Part shown: in pieces, positions 17,061 through 30,165 of the stretch
How the letters are laid out: each line of letters starts with the position of its first letter
How positions within the stretch are numbered: position 1 is the first letter of the stretch
Source: Eledone cirrhosa
Lineage: Eukaryota
Length of the DNA stretch: 64,000 nt
Assembly (NCBI GenBank): GCA_964016885.1
Contig: CAXHJY010001348.1
Location: 1-64,000, forward strand
Direction: 5' to 3'
Notes under the pieces: generated by a model
Databases searched by the model: none
Seen by the model: only the letters and a program-made list of their open reading frames with translations
Told to the model about the DNA's origin: nothing
Translations under genes and position numbers: made by a program

Positions 17061-18039
17061 TGAGGTGTGGTGTGACGTGACAAGACACTATACCAGACTG
17101 TGAAATGCTGAGTCAATGGATTTATTAAATAAGACAGGTGGAGGGGGGGGGGGGGGGGTTGACACGTGAGCTGGTCGTTACGATGGCGACCGGTCTTTGT
17201 TTATTAATGGTCCACTTGGTTTAGGGAGAGAGAGGGAGAGAGACTGTGTATGTGTGTGTGTGTGTGTTGGAGAGAGAGAATGTGTGTTGGAGAGAGAGAG
17301 AGAGTGTGTGTGTTGGAGAGAGAGTGTGTGTGTGTGTGTGTTGGAGAGAGAGAGAGTGTGTGTGCGTTGGAGAGAGAGTGTGTGTTGGAGAGAGAGAGTG
17401 TGTGTGCGTTGGAGAGAGAGAGTGTGTGTGTGTGTGTTGAAGAGAGAGAGTGTGTGTGTGTGTTGGAGAGAGAGAGTGTGTGTGTGTGTTGGAGAGAGAG
17501 AGAGTATGTGTGTTGGAGAGAGAGAGAGAGTGTGCGTGTGTGTGTTGAAGAGAGAGAGTGTGTGTGTGTGTGTTGGAGAGAGAGAGAGTGTGTGTGTGTT
17601 GGAGAGAGAGAGAGAGTGTGTGCGTGTGTGTGTTGGAGAGAGAGTGTGTGTGTGTGTGTGTTGGAGAGAGAGAGAGTGTGTGTTGGAGAGAGAGAGAGAG
17701 TGTGTGTGTGTTGGAGAGAGAGAGTGTGTGTGTTGGAGAGAGAGAGAGTGTGTGTGTGTGTGTGTGTGTGTTGGAGAGAGAGAGGAAATGAGTGTGCTGA
17801 AGAGAGAGAGAGGTAGAGAATGAGAGTGTTGGAGAGAGGGCGAGACAGAATGAGAGAGAGGGTGCGAAAGACAGCGAGAAAGAGTATGGTAGATGGTGGG
17901 AGAATTGAAGGGAAAGAAAGAGGAGAGAGAACAAAGGAATAAGAGAGAGAATGTAGACAGATTGATAGGTGAACAGATCGAATTTCTGATGAACCTGTGA
18001 TTAGACAGGTGAAACTCTAGAATAACAAGAGTCATCCAT

Positions 18040-18073
<34 letters not shown>

Positions 18074-18242
18074 AAGGATAAAAAGAACGATTGATTATTC
18101 CTTCATTGCATATTATAATAGATTGAAGTGAAAACAACTGGTGCGTGTGGTTCTTATTGGCAACATGACCCTCCCAAAGTATAACAATATCGGTTTCAAC
18201 ACACGTTTTCAGATAAAGAATCTTGCTAAACAAATTCAGAAA

Positions 18243-18277
<35 letters not shown>

Positions 18278-18427
18278 AATTTTGAGTATATGTTGGTTGT
18301 ATACCAACACCTCAGTATGCAGATTGGAGCACTCGACGAAGTGCGCAGGTTGGTTTGGTTACTCCGGAATAATGTAAAATAAAATAAAATAAATAAGTCA
18401 AATGTTTACAATTTGGCTTCGTTTATT

Positions 18428-18482
18428 ACTGCTATATATATTCCGGTGACAGCTATCTTTGGTTGTGACCTCTTCAGGCAGT
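18428..18482 (-). ncRNA. Hammerhead ribozyme (family D) with core mutation GAAA>GGAA
   Basis: ACTGC-CTGAAGA-GGTCACA..TGTCACC-GGAA-TATATA-TA-GCAGT; intact twin at 24410-24464. Confidence 0.7.
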
Positions 18483-18523
18483 CCTCTGGTAAATGAAATA
18501 ATTATCTTATGTTGTTTATTACA

Positions 18524-18589
<66 letters not shown>

Positions 18590-18743
18590 ATAACCAGTTA
18601 TCGTTTCAGGTAATCCAGTTAGAGGTTGTGAGTACTCTGTACTATGGATAGTTTTAACGCACGGCGTTGTTTGACTCAACAAGAGGTTTCCTTAGTTAGG
18701 TGGCGAGTTAGCAAGAATTCCCATTCAGGTCATTCTTGGAGTA

Positions 18744-18928
18744 ATAATTGTTTCTATTTTAGGCACAAGGCCAGCAATTATCCAGTGCATTACTGGTACT
18801 TTATTTTATCGACCCCGTAAGGATGAAAGGCAAAGTCAACCTCGGCGGGATTTGAACTCAGATCGTAAAGGGACGTAACGATGCTAGAAAGCATGGCGTC
18901 CGACCCTCTACTGATACTGCCAATCCAC
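18744..18928 (-). mobile_element. tRNA-derived SINE
   Basis: Reverse complement of the 15267 family; twin at 24684-24870. Confidence 0.85.
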
Positions 18929-18974
18929 GTAATTGATTGTGATGGTCGGCTGTACAAAAAGGGTTTTATTTACA

Positions 18975-19087
18975 ATATTAACAATTGTTTCATTGATTAG
19001 GTGAGTCTAAAGGCCGCTAATCACTCGAAATTGCGTCACTCGGCCTTAAATACAGTGTGTGTGTGTCTGATCAAATCATCGGAATAC
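18975..19087 (-). ncRNA. Hammerhead-like motif with long stem II insert and CCGATGA core
   Basis: GTATT-CCGATGA-TTTGATCAG..CTAATCAAT-GAAA-CAATTG-TT-AATAT; flanked by 24-bp inverted repeats 18942-18966/19088-19111; twin at 24917-25029. Confidence 0.55.
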
Positions 19088-19153
19088 AAACCCTTTTGTA
19101 CAGCTGACCATGTTATTCTTCACTCTTTCACTGTGTATATATATATATATATA

Positions 19154-19592
19154 TACGATATTAAATAAATGGAAACTATATTTATAAAACCATATTTATT
19201 TCATTATATATATTTCAGGGATATCATATTAAAAATATGGTATGCCTTCTTCAGACAAAATACAATATAAACAGTCTTATAAATAGATAGATTTGACATA
19301 CCTTACAACTTCAACTTTCATTTAAATCAACTTTTTAAATGAAAGTTGAAGTTGTAAGGTATGTCAAATCTATCTATTTATAAGACTGTTTATATTGTAT
19401 TTTGTCTGAAGAAGGCATACCATATTTTTAATATGATATCCCTGAAATATATATAATGAAATAAATATGGTTTTATAAATATAGTTTCCATTTATTTAAT
19501 ATCGTAAATATACTCCAAATACTTGTTGAGTGCTTTTATATCAGTTATAAATATTTACTCGTTGTAACCCAACAATTTAAATAAAACTTTGC
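19154..19592 (+). mobile_element. Foldback element (family C): 173-bp inverted arms, 7-nt loop, a hammerhead in each arm
   Basis: Palindrome 19154-19506; TTTTGT-CTGAAGA(19406)-stemII-GAAA(19444)-TATATA-TA-ATGAAA; twin at 25094-25532. Confidence 0.85.
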
Positions 19593-19617
19593 ATATATAT
19601 ATATATATATATATATA

Positions 19618-19955
19618 TGTTGGCTGCAACTAGATTTCGAGTAATGCCATCGCTTGATACGCAAGCATGAACATCACGGACATGGCTTTTTAGTCCAGCT
19701 AGGGACTTGCCTATGGCCAGCAATACCACGCATCGCAAAAAACTGTCACATATCAAGCGATGCCTGTGCTTGAAGTTTTTTTAAGTGAGGAAAGGCTTTG
19801 CAAGGGGCCAATCCCTCTCTCTGAACATCAAATGCATTTACCCAAAAAGAAGAACTGGTCTACATCATTGGATGCAAACCAAGTTGCAGGTTTTATATCT
19901 GAGTGACCTTCTCCTAGAGAGATGTCTTAATGAAGACTAGGGGTCTCTTGCTCCA
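19618..19955 (-). mobile_element. RTE-derived bipartite non-autonomous element (fragment)
   Basis: Homologous to 49690-50297; retains LAGLKSHVR finger remnant; twin at 25555-25890. Confidence 0.6.
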
Positions 19956-19997
19956 CAAAAAATAAAAATAATATATATATATTTTTTTAAAAAAAGG

Positions 19998-20215
19998 TCA
20001 ATCGACTTTCGTCAAATCGAGCCGAAGAAACAATGTTTCTGTCAGTATTTCCAATTGCTAATACTATCTATCGGTCGCAACTCCAGGTAGAAGGAGCAAC
20101 GTGAAATAAAGTGTCTTGCTCAAGGACATAACGCATCGCCCGGTCCAGGAATCGAACTCACAACCTCACGATTGTGAATCCAATTCTCTAACCAATCAAC
20201 CGCACGCCTTCACAA
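19998..20215 (-). mobile_element. Second tRNA-derived SINE family (CORE-like)
   Basis: Minus strand GTGAGTTCGATTCC B box then GTCCTTGAGCAAGACACTTTATTTCAC; copies at 25933-26151 and 45515-45715. Confidence 0.75.
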
Positions 20216-21169
20216 TATGTATGTGTGTATATATATACACACATACACACACACACACACACGTGTGCGTGAGCCCCGAGTTCAATCAGGGGTAACCACG
20301 GTAAGTAAGGTACTCAATACATTAGTAGAGTATATGCAACAACATTTAATATAAGGTCTGGAACTGTTTCATTAGAAGGAAATCATCAGGAAATATATAA
20401 GTAAATCGAAATAACAAAGCAAATGACACAGTACATTGAAGAAATATATTAGTTTAACGCTTGATCTAGCAGATAAAGAGTCATAACGTATTGGACATGA
20501 AATGTTACAGGTATATACAAACACAAACACGTTTAAGAAATGATGTGTGACTTACCTACATATATATATATTTCATGTTCGATGGTATTGTGGTAAGGAA
20601 CAAGATGGACCATAACGCACCAGCGTACTCAATCCTTAGGGTAGTAGAGTGGGTAATAGGAAAAAGTATGACCCCGACGGCAGAGTTCAAGCCGTTTCGA
20701 CGGCTATTTCTGGACTAGTTTTGGGGGGTTATTTCACAGCTAGTTTATGTTGATTACCGACATGTGGAAGTGATTGTTTATAATAATTGTTTATACGTTA
20801 GGCACAAGGCCAGCAATTACCCAGTGTATTACTGGTACTTTATTTTATCGACCTCGTAAGGATTATAATAATAGTTTGATATAGGCCTAAGGCCAACAAT
20901 TTTTTTTTTTGGGGGGGGGGAGTCGATTCAATCGACCCCAGTGCGTTACTGGTACTTTATTTCATCGACACCGTAATGATGCAAGGCAAAGCTAACCTCT
21001 AATCATTACGGTGTCGATAAAATAAAGTACCAGGAACATACTGGAGTCGATTTAATCAACTTTCCGAAAGCGAGCTTGTCGTAACATTATCGAAGAAATG
21101 CGTTGTGTTTACATATGTCTCCGTTTCTGTGTGTACATTTTAACGACTTGCAGACATGTATATATATTG

Positions 21170-21219
<50 letters not shown>

Positions 21220-21301
21220 TGTATCCCAGGTTCAATCGGGAGTAACAACAGTAAGTAAGGTACAGTTCTAGTCCTGTAGAAGCTATTTCTATATTAAACA
21301 A

Positions 21302-21332
<31 letters not shown>

Positions 21333-21559
21333 TATATATTTAATATAGAAATGGCTTATATATATATATTACAAGGGTTATAGAAAACATACCCCTTTTT
21401 GTGTTTGCCTCTCTATATACTGTATTATGAAGAGTCCGGTAATTCTTCCTTGAGCTCATGAAATTACAGGACTTAACGCGAGTCTTCTCCGTTTTTTTTC
21501 AATTGATACACACATATATATATATATATATACACAAACATACTTGGCGTATTATTATG

Positions 21560-21680
21560 GTTCCTTACGTGTAAGTAAGCCGGCAACCGTATAATGCTCG
21601 TTTGGTAATGACGTTGGTTGATTGCATGTAGAAGTAACGAAGCCAAAAATACGATGACGTCCCGCCATTTTGAAAATCAA
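21560..21680. promoter_or_regulatory. Promoter/first-exon-like island (duplicated at ~27500-27615)
   Basis: TGACGT at 21609 and 21655, YY1 CCGCCATTTT 21662; minus strand AAAATGGCG opens 33 codons ending at AC|GTAAGG. Confidence 0.35.
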
Positions 21681-22159
21681 AGTTTTCGAAGAAGTTATGC
21701 AAAAATCTAAATTCTTGACTATTAAGCCGCTGTTTCGAATCTAAGTTAATGAATAGTCCTCGGTTTTAATGTTACTAAATTAATTTTACAGAAATTTAAT
21801 CATCCACTATTTATTTCCGTAATTTATTTCTTCATAATTAATAATTTCTTGTGTTTAAATTGATTTAATACTTTTAACTTTATTTTATATTGGCTTAAGA
21901 CGTTCACTTCTCAATCATTAGGTCTAATACCCCCCCTCCCCCATATATATAGATTTATATATATATATATATAACGAAGGAAGTGTGATAAGGAACAAGG
22001 TGGACCATAACGCACTAGAGTACTCAATACTTAGCGTAGTAGAGTGGGTAATAGGAAACTGTTCAAGACCCCGACGGCAGAGCTCAAGCCAGAAATAGAC
22101 GTCTAAACGGCTTGAGCTCTGCCGTCGGGGTCTTGGACACTTTCCTATATATATATATA

Positions 22160-22700
22160 TGAAGTTCAGAACTGGAAAGTGCTTGCTTTGAGGAGAGGTA
22201 AATAGAGAGGACATGTTAAGGAAGGCTTCAGAATGTTTGAAGAGAGACGTCTTGACCATGAAAAACTTAAACGTCAGCTAGAAAAAGGCCACAGTATGAA
22301 CCTCAATAAGAACATAGGGAGCTGGATTTGTGAGGTATGTGGTCATTTACTGCTCTCTAAATCCGGGTACATCACTCATTCAAAATCACATAAAAAGCCA
22401 ACTGTATGTAGCTCTATTCCTCCACCAATGCTAGGTGAGGCAACATGTGTGGCGTGCAAAAAGATCTGCAAATCAACTTCTGGTCTTAAAAGGCATATGT
22501 GGGTACATAAGGAAGGCACCCTACAAAGCGACCCAATCAATTCAATAGAGGGCACATCTTTTGACTGTCACATTTGCTGCAGACCGTGCAAATCTGCAGC
22601 TGGACTTAAAAGCCACCTAAGAAGCCATGAATGGACGTCTGGAGTTGATGGGAGTGCATAGGGAGACAGCAATCATCTGCAAAGATGAAGCAATCGCCAT
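22160..22700 (+). mobile_element. RTE LINE 3' fragment encoding three C2H2 fingers
   Basis: FEERRLDHEKLKR then CEVC..HSKSH, CVAC..GLKRHMWVH, CHIC..GLKSHLRSH, same layout as the end of the 8949 ORF; twin at 27987-28537. Confidence 0.85.
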
Positions 22701-22708
22701 ATAAATAC

Positions 22709-22901
22709 TAAGGGCGGTGTATTGGCAGTATCGGTAGAGGGTCGGACGCCATGCTTTCCAGCATAGTTACGTCCCTTTACGATCTGAGTTCAAATCCCGC
22801 CGAGGTTGACTTTGCCTTTCATCCTTACGGGGTCGATAAAATAAAGTACCAGTAATGCACTGGGTAATTGCTGGCCTTGTGCCTAAAGTAGAAACAATTA
22901 T
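22709..22901 (+). mobile_element. tRNA-derived SINE
   Basis: Full-length copy of the 15267 family; twin at 28547-28738. Confidence 0.85.
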
Positions 22902-23014
22902 ATAGAATGCATGGCAAACTGGCTTATACCTTCTAAGGTACCCAGAATTTCTTTTATATATATATATATACTCCCCCTCACACCCTCGGAACTCTTTTCC
23001 TGCCCCCTTTTCTC

Positions 23015-23045
23015 CTGATGAAGGGCTTATCCCCGAAACATCGTC
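23015..23045 (+). ncRNA. Hammerhead core without a recognisable stem I
   Basis: CTGATGA-AGGGCTTATCCCC-GAAA-CATCG-TC; twin at 28852. Confidence 0.45.
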
Positions 23046-23127
23046 CCCCACCCCCCACTCTCAAGCATGAACCTAATACTAACACTTTGTACTGCACTCT
23101 TCGCTATTGTTTTTATTTTCTGTTTTA

Positions 23128-23158
<31 letters not shown>

Positions 23159-23190
23159 ACTGAGGATGTGTCTCTGTCTCTCTCTCTCTG

Positions 23191-24033
23191 TGTGTGTGTG
23201 TGTGTTGGAGAGAGAGAATGTGTGTTGGAGAGAGAGAGAGTGTGTGTGTGTTGGAGAGAGAGTGTGTGTGTGTGTGTGTTGGAGAGAGAGAGAGTGTGTG
23301 TGCGTTGGAGAGAGAGAGAGTGTGTGTGCGTGTGTGTGTTGGAGAGAGAGAGTGTGTGTGCGTTGGAGAGAGAGAGAGTGTGTGTGTGCGTGTGTTGAAG
23401 AGAGAGAGTGTGTGTGTTGGAGAGAGAGAGAGTGTGTGTGTGTTGGAGAGAGAGAGAGTGTGTGCGTGTGTGTGTTGAAGAGAGAGAGTGTGTGTGTGTG
23501 TTGGAGAGAGAGAGAGTGTGTGTGTGTTGGAGAGAGAGAGTGTGTGTGCGTGTGTGTGTTGGAGAGAGAGTGTGTGTGTGTGTGTGTTGGAGAGAGAGAG
23601 AGTGCGTGTGTGTGTTGGAGAGAGAGAGAGTGTGTGTGTGTGTGTGTGTGTGTGTTGGAGAGAGAGAGTGTGTGTGTTGGAGAGAGAGAGAGTGTGTGTG
23701 CGTGTGTGTGTTGGAGAGAGAGAGGAAATGAGTGTGCTGGAGAGAGAGAGGTAGAGAATGAGAGTGTTGGAGAGAGAGAGGAAATGAGTGTGCTGGAGAG
23801 AGAGAGGTAGAGAATGAGAGTGTTGGAGAGAGGGCGAGACAGAATGAGAGAGAGGGTGCGAAAGACAGCGAGAAAGAGTATGGTAGATGGTGGGAGAATT
23901 GAAGGGAAAGAGAGAGGAGAGAGAACAAAGGAATAAGAGAGAGAATGTAGACAGATTGATAGGTGAACAGATCGAATTTCTGATGAACCTGTGATTAGAC
24001 AGGTGAAACTCTAGAATAACAAGAGTCATCCAT

Positions 24034-24067
<34 letters not shown>

Positions 24068-27000
24068 AAGGATAAAAAGAACGATTGATTATTCCTTCAT
24101 TGCATATTATAATAAATTGAAGTGAAAACTACTGGTGCGTGTGGTTCTTATTGGCAACATGACCCTCCCAAAGTATAACAATATCGGTTTCAACACACGT
24201 TTTCAGATAAAGAATCTTGCTAAACAAATTCAGAAACGAAATATATATATATATACATAAATTTTGAGTATATGTTGGTTGTATACCAACACCTCAGTAT
24301 GCAGATTGGAGCACTCGACGAAGTGCGCAGGTTGGTTTGGTTACTCCGGAATAATGTAAAATAAAATAAAATAAATAAGTCAAATGTTTAAAATTTGGCT
24401 TCGTTTATTACTGCTATATATATTTCGGTGACAGCTATCTTTGGCTGTGACCTCTTCAGGCAGTCCTCTGGTAAATGAAATAATTATCTTATGTTGTTTA
24501 TTACATAACTATATATATATATATAGGATAACAAGGTAGGTATCGTTTCAGGTAATCCAGTTAGAGGTTGTGAGTACTCTGTACTATGGATAGTTTTAAC
24601 ATAAGGCGTTGTTTGACTCAACAAGAGGTTTCCTTAGTTAGGTGGCGAGTTAGCAAGAATTCCCATTCAGGTCATTCTTGGAGTAATAATTGTTTCTATT
24701 TTAGGCACAAGGCCAGCAATTATCCAGTGCATTACTGGTACTTTATTTTATCGACCCCGTAAGGATGAAAGGCAAAGTCAACCTCGGCGGGATTTGAACT
24801 CAGATCGTAAAGGGACGTAACGATGCTAGAAAGCATGGCGTCCGACCCTCTACTGATACTGCCAATCCACGTAATTGATTGTGATGGTCGGCTGTACAAA
24901 AAGGGTTTTATTTACAATATTAACAATTGTTTCATTGATTAGGTGAGTCTAAAGGCCGCTAATCACTCGAAATTGCGTCACTCGGCCTTAAATACAGTGT
25001 GTGTGTGTCTGATCAAATCATCGGAATACAAACCCTTTTGTACAGCTGACCATGTTATTCTTCACTCTTTCACTGTGTATATATATATATATATACGATA
25101 TTAAATAAATGGAAACTATATTTATAAAACCATATTTATTTCATTATATATATTTCAGGGATATCATATTAAAAATATGGTATGCCTTCTTCAGACAAAA
25201 TACAATATAAACAGTCTTATAAATAGATAGATTTGACATACCTTACAACTTCAACTTTCATTTAAATCAACTTTTTAAATGAAAGTTGAAGTTGTAAGGT
25301 ATGTCAAATCTATCTATTTATAAGACTGTTTATATTGTATTTTGTCTGAAGAAGGCATACCATATTTTTAATATGATATCCCTGAAATATATATAATGAA
25401 ATAAATATGGTTTTATAAATATAGTTTCCATTTATTTAATATCGTAAATATACTCCAAATACTTGTTGAGTGCTTTTATATCAGTTATAAATATTTACTC
25501 GTTGTAACCCAACAATTTAAATAAAACTTTGCATATATATATATATATATATATGTTGGCTGCAACTAGATTTCGAGTAATGCCATCGCTTGATACGCAA
25601 GCATGAACATCACGGACATGGCTTTTTAGTCCAGCTAGGAACTTGCCTATGGCCAGCAATACCACGCATCGCAAAAAACTGTCACATATCAAGCGATGCC
25701 TGTGCTTGAAGTTTTTTTAAGTGAGGAAAGGCTTTGCAAGGGGCCAATCCCTCTCTCTGAACATCAAATGCATTTACCCAAAAAGAAGAACTGGTCTACA
25801 TCATTGGATGCAAACCAAGTTGCAGGTTTTATATCTGAGTGACCTTCTCCTAGAGAGATGTCTTAATGAAGACTAGGGGTCTCTTGCTCCACAAAAAATA
25901 AAAATAATATATATATATTTTTTTAAAAAAAGGTCAATCGACTTTCGTCAAATCGAGCCGAAGAAACAATGTTTCTGTCAGTATTTCCAATTGCTAATAC
26001 TATCTATCGGTCGCAACTCCAGGTAGAAGGAGCAACGTGAAATAAAGTGTCTTGCTCAAGGACATAACGCATCGCCCGGTCCAGGAATCGAACTCACAAC
26101 CTCACGATTGTGAATCCAATTCTCTAACCAATCACCCGCACGCCTTCACAATATGTATGTGTGTATATATATACACACATACACACACACACACACACGT
26201 GTGCGTGAGCCCCGAGTTCAATCAGGGGTAACCACGGTAAGTAAGGTACTCAATACATTAGTAGAGTATATGCAACAACATTTAATATAAGGTCTGGAAC
26301 TGTTTCATTAGAAGGAAATCATCAGGAAATATATAAGTAAATCGAAATAACAAAGCAAATGACACAGTACATTGAAGAAATATATTAGTTTAACGCTTGA
26401 TCTAGCAGATAAAGAGTCATAACGTATTGGACATGAAAAGTTACAGGTATATACAAACACAAACACGTTTAAGAAATGATGTGTGACTTACCTACATATA
26501 TATATATTTCATGTTCGATGGTATTGTGGTAAGGAACCAGATGGACCATAACGCACCAGAGTACTCAATCCTTAGGGTAGTAGAGTGGGTAATAGGAAAA
26601 AGTATGACCCCGACGGCAGAGTTCAAGCCGTTTCGACGGCTATTTCTGGACTAGTTTTGGGGGGTTATTTCACAGCTAGTTTATGTTGATTACCGACATG
26701 TGGAAGTGATTGTTTCTAATAATTGTTTATACGTTAGGCACAAGGCCAGCAATTACCCAGTGTATTACTGGTACTTTATTTTATCGACCTCGTAAGGATT
26801 ATAATAATAGTTTGATATAGGCCTAAGGCCAACAATTTTTTTTTTTTGGGGGGGGGGGAAGTCGATTCAATCGACCCCAGTGCGTTACTGGTACTTTATT
26901 TCATCGACACCGTAATGATGCAAGGCAAAGCTAACCTCTAATCATTACGGTGTCGATAAAATAAAGTACCAGGAACATACTGGAGTCGATTTAATCAACT

Positions 27001-27094
27001 TTCCGAAAGCGAGCTTGTCGTAACATTATCGAAGAAATGTGTTGTGTTTACACATGTCTCCGTTTCTGTGTGTACATTTTAACGACTTGCAGAC

Positions 27095-27152
<58 letters not shown>

Positions 27153-27235
27153 CTGTATCCCAGGTTCAATCGGGAGTAACAACAGTAAGTAAGGTACAGT
27201 TCTAGTCCTGTAGAAGCTATTTCTATATTAAACAA

Positions 27236-27268
<33 letters not shown>

Positions 27269-29016
27269 TATATATTTAATATAGAAATGGCTTATATATA
27301 TATATTACAAGGGTTATAGAAAACATACCCCTTTTTGTGTTTGCCTCTCTATATACTGTATTAGGAAGAGTCCGGTAATTCTTCCTTGAGCTCATGAAAT
27401 TACAGGACTTAACGCGAGTCTTCTCCGTTTTTTTCAATTGATACACACATATATATATATATATATATACACAAACATACTTGGCGTATTATTATGGTTC
27501 CTTACGTGTAAGTAAGCCGGCAACCGTATAATGCTCGTTTGGTAATGACGTTGGTTGATTGCATGTAGAAGTAACGAAGCCAAAAATACGATGACGTCCC
27601 GCCATTTTGAAAATCAAAGTTTTCGAAGAAGTTATGCAAAAATCTAAATTCTTGACTATTAAGCCGCTGTTTCGAATCTAAGTTAATGAATAGTCCTCGG
27701 TTTTAATGTTACTAAATTAATTTTACAGAAATGTAATCATCCACTATTTATTTCTGTAATTTATTTCTTCATAATTAATAATTTTTTGTGTTTAAATTGA
27801 TTTAATACTTTTAACTTTATTTTATGTTGGCTTAAGACGCACTAGAGTACTCAATACTTAGCGTAGTAGAGTGGGTAATAGGAAACTGTTCAAGACCCCG
27901 ACGGCAGAGCTCAAGCCAGAAATAGACGTCTAAACGGCTTGAGCTCTGCCGTCGGGGTCTTGGACACTTTCCTATATATATATATATGAAGTTCAGAACT
28001 GGAAAGTGATTGCTTTGAGGAGAGGTAAATAGAGAGGACATGTTAAGGAAGGCTTCAGAATGTTTGAAGAGAGACGTCTTGACCATGAAAAACTTAAACG
28101 TCAGCTAGAAAAAGGCCACAGTATGAACCTCAATAAGAACATAGGGAGCTGGATTTGTGAGGTATGTGGTCATTTACTGCTCTCTAAATCCGGGTACATC
28201 ACTCATTCAAAATCATATAAAAAGCCAACTGTATGTAGCTCTATTCCTCCACCAATGCTAGGTGAGGCAACATGTGTGGCGTGCAAAAAGATCTGCAAAT
28301 CAACTTCTGGTCTTAAAAGGCATATGTGGGTACATAAGGAAGGCACCCTACAAAGCGACCCAATCAATTCAATAGAGGGCACATCTTTTGACTGTCACAT
28401 TTGCTGCAGACCGTGCAAATCTGCAGCTGGACTTAAAAGCCACCTAAGAAGCCATGAATGGACGTCTGGAGTTGGTGACTGTTGATGGGAGTGCATAGGG
28501 AGACAGCAATCATCTGCAAAGATGAAGCAATCGCCATATAAATACTAAGGGCGGTGTATTGGCAGTATCGGTAGAGGGTCGGACGCCATGCTTTCCAGCA
28601 TAGTTACGTCCCTTTACGATCTGAGTTCAAATCCCGCCGAGGTTGACTTTGCCTTTCATCCTTACGGGGTCGATAAAATAAAGTACCAGTAATGCACTGG
28701 GTAATTGCTGGCCTTGTGCCTAAAGTAGAAACAATTATATAGAATGCATGGCAAACTGGCTTATACCTTCTAAGGTACCCAGAATTTCTTTTATATATAT
28801 ATATATACTCCCCCTCACACCCTCGGAACTCTTTTCCTGCCCCCTTTTCTCCTGATGAAGGGCTTATCCCCGAAACATCGTCCCCCACCCCCCACTCTCA
28901 AGCATGAACCTAATACTAACACTTTGTACTGCACTCTTCGCTATTGTTTTTATTTTCTGTTTTAACTATAATATATATATATATATATATATAACTGAGG
29001 ATGTGTCTCTGTCTCT

Positions 29017-29025
<9 letters not shown>
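23191..29025. repeat. Tandem segmental duplication, copy 2
   Basis: As copy 1, with a ~110 bp deletion at ~27839 and a 10 bp indel at ~28475. Confidence 0.95.
24410..24464 (-). ncRNA. Minimal type-I hammerhead ribozyme (family D, intact core)
   Basis: ACTGC-CTGAAGA-GGTCACAGC..GCTGTCACC-GAAA-TATATA-TA-GCAGT-AATAAA. Confidence 0.8.
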
Positions 29026-29092
<67 letters not shown>

Positions 29093-29657
29093 CCCTAAAA
29101 CTCGAGAAGTACCCAACCGATCTTTTTCAAACTTTATATGTGTATTACTTATGTTTCAGGGAATGTTATGCACACAAAAGAATTCAACTTTTCGATATTC
29201 TAGGGCCCGCATTAGGTGAAAAACTGCGTTTTTTCAGCTTTTTAGGGGTTTTTTGAGGCGTTACATCAGACCGATTTCCTTGAAATTGTAACTATGTATT
29301 AGTCAGTCTCTTCTTCATACCGTGAGCAAAGAAAATCCAATTTTTTTAATGGCCTAGGGCCCGCATTAGGTGAAAAACTTCATTTTTCAGCTTTTTAGGG
29401 CTTTTTCTCGAAATTTCAAGGCATATTATGCACATAAAAAAAATTCATTTTCTTGATCCCCTAGGGCCCGCATTAGGTGAAAACCAGCACTTTTGCTGCT
29501 TCATCGAGGACAATCTTAAAGATTATCCAGCCATCAGAGTATTCGGTTTATTTTCTTTACATATTGTCCAGGCATGCAGTTTTTCCACGATTAGGTCTGT
29601 TGGCGGCCCGAGTTCCAAAATACCTTATCCCGTGCAACCCCGGGTACCACTGCTAGT
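28985..29657 (+). mobile_element. Non-autonomous Helitron
   Basis: 5' TATATAACTG..(GT)n, three internal CTAGGGCCCGCATTAGGTGAAAA repeats (29200, 29354, 29461), 3' hairpin CCCG..CGGG 29629-29644 and terminal CTAGT. Confidence 0.7.
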
Positions 29658-30037
29658 ATATTATAAAATGACAGGAGGCTGGACTGGTGTAATGCCTTAG
29701 AAGATCTATTATACTATGATTCAGTATGAATCCGGTGACATCATCAGTTTTTCCAAAATTTATCCAACAAACGAATATAACAATAGACACAATGCAAGGG
29801 GATGACAAGCAGAGAGAAATGCCCAAGACGAGAAGGCGGCCAAAAATTAGCAGTTGCTAGTCCGAGCGGCCGCCTTCAAGTATATATATATATATAGTCT
29901 ATATTTGTAACTGCACACTTTTAGCTTTAGCATGCTTTTCCTTGATATCTTTCCTAAACTTTCATGGATATGAATTCCCTACTCTTCTGAGTTTTGGATT
30001 GTTCTGGCCGTTAATGCTTCTTGTCAATTTACTTGCC

Positions 30038-30075
30038 CTGATGAGTCCTTATTAATGGGACGAAACATTGTAGCC
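30038..30075 (+). ncRNA. Hammerhead core, degenerate stem I
   Basis: CTGATGA-GTCC(TTATTAATG)GGAC-GAAA-CATTG-TA followed by AATAAA. Confidence 0.6.
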
Positions 30076-30117
30076 TAATAAAGACTTTTGATGTATTGAA
30101 GGCTTCTTTGTTTATTT

Positions 30118-30161
<44 letters not shown>

Positions 30162-30165
<4 letters not shown>

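Larger units (their letters stand above)
17250..23190. repeat. Tandem segmental duplication, copy 1 (~5.9 kb)
   Basis: Colinear and near-identical to 23191-29025. Confidence 0.95.

Noticed and set aside
16003-17088. Mucin/extensin-like Thr/Pro-rich ORF (also 13009-13671)
   Set aside because: (CCA)n repeat with frame drift among Thr, Pro and His; no splice or signal-peptide support
22233-22661. Host C2H2 zinc-finger gene (and twin 28060-28485)
   Set aside because: No TGEKP linkers; layout and flanks match the RTE LINE C-terminus
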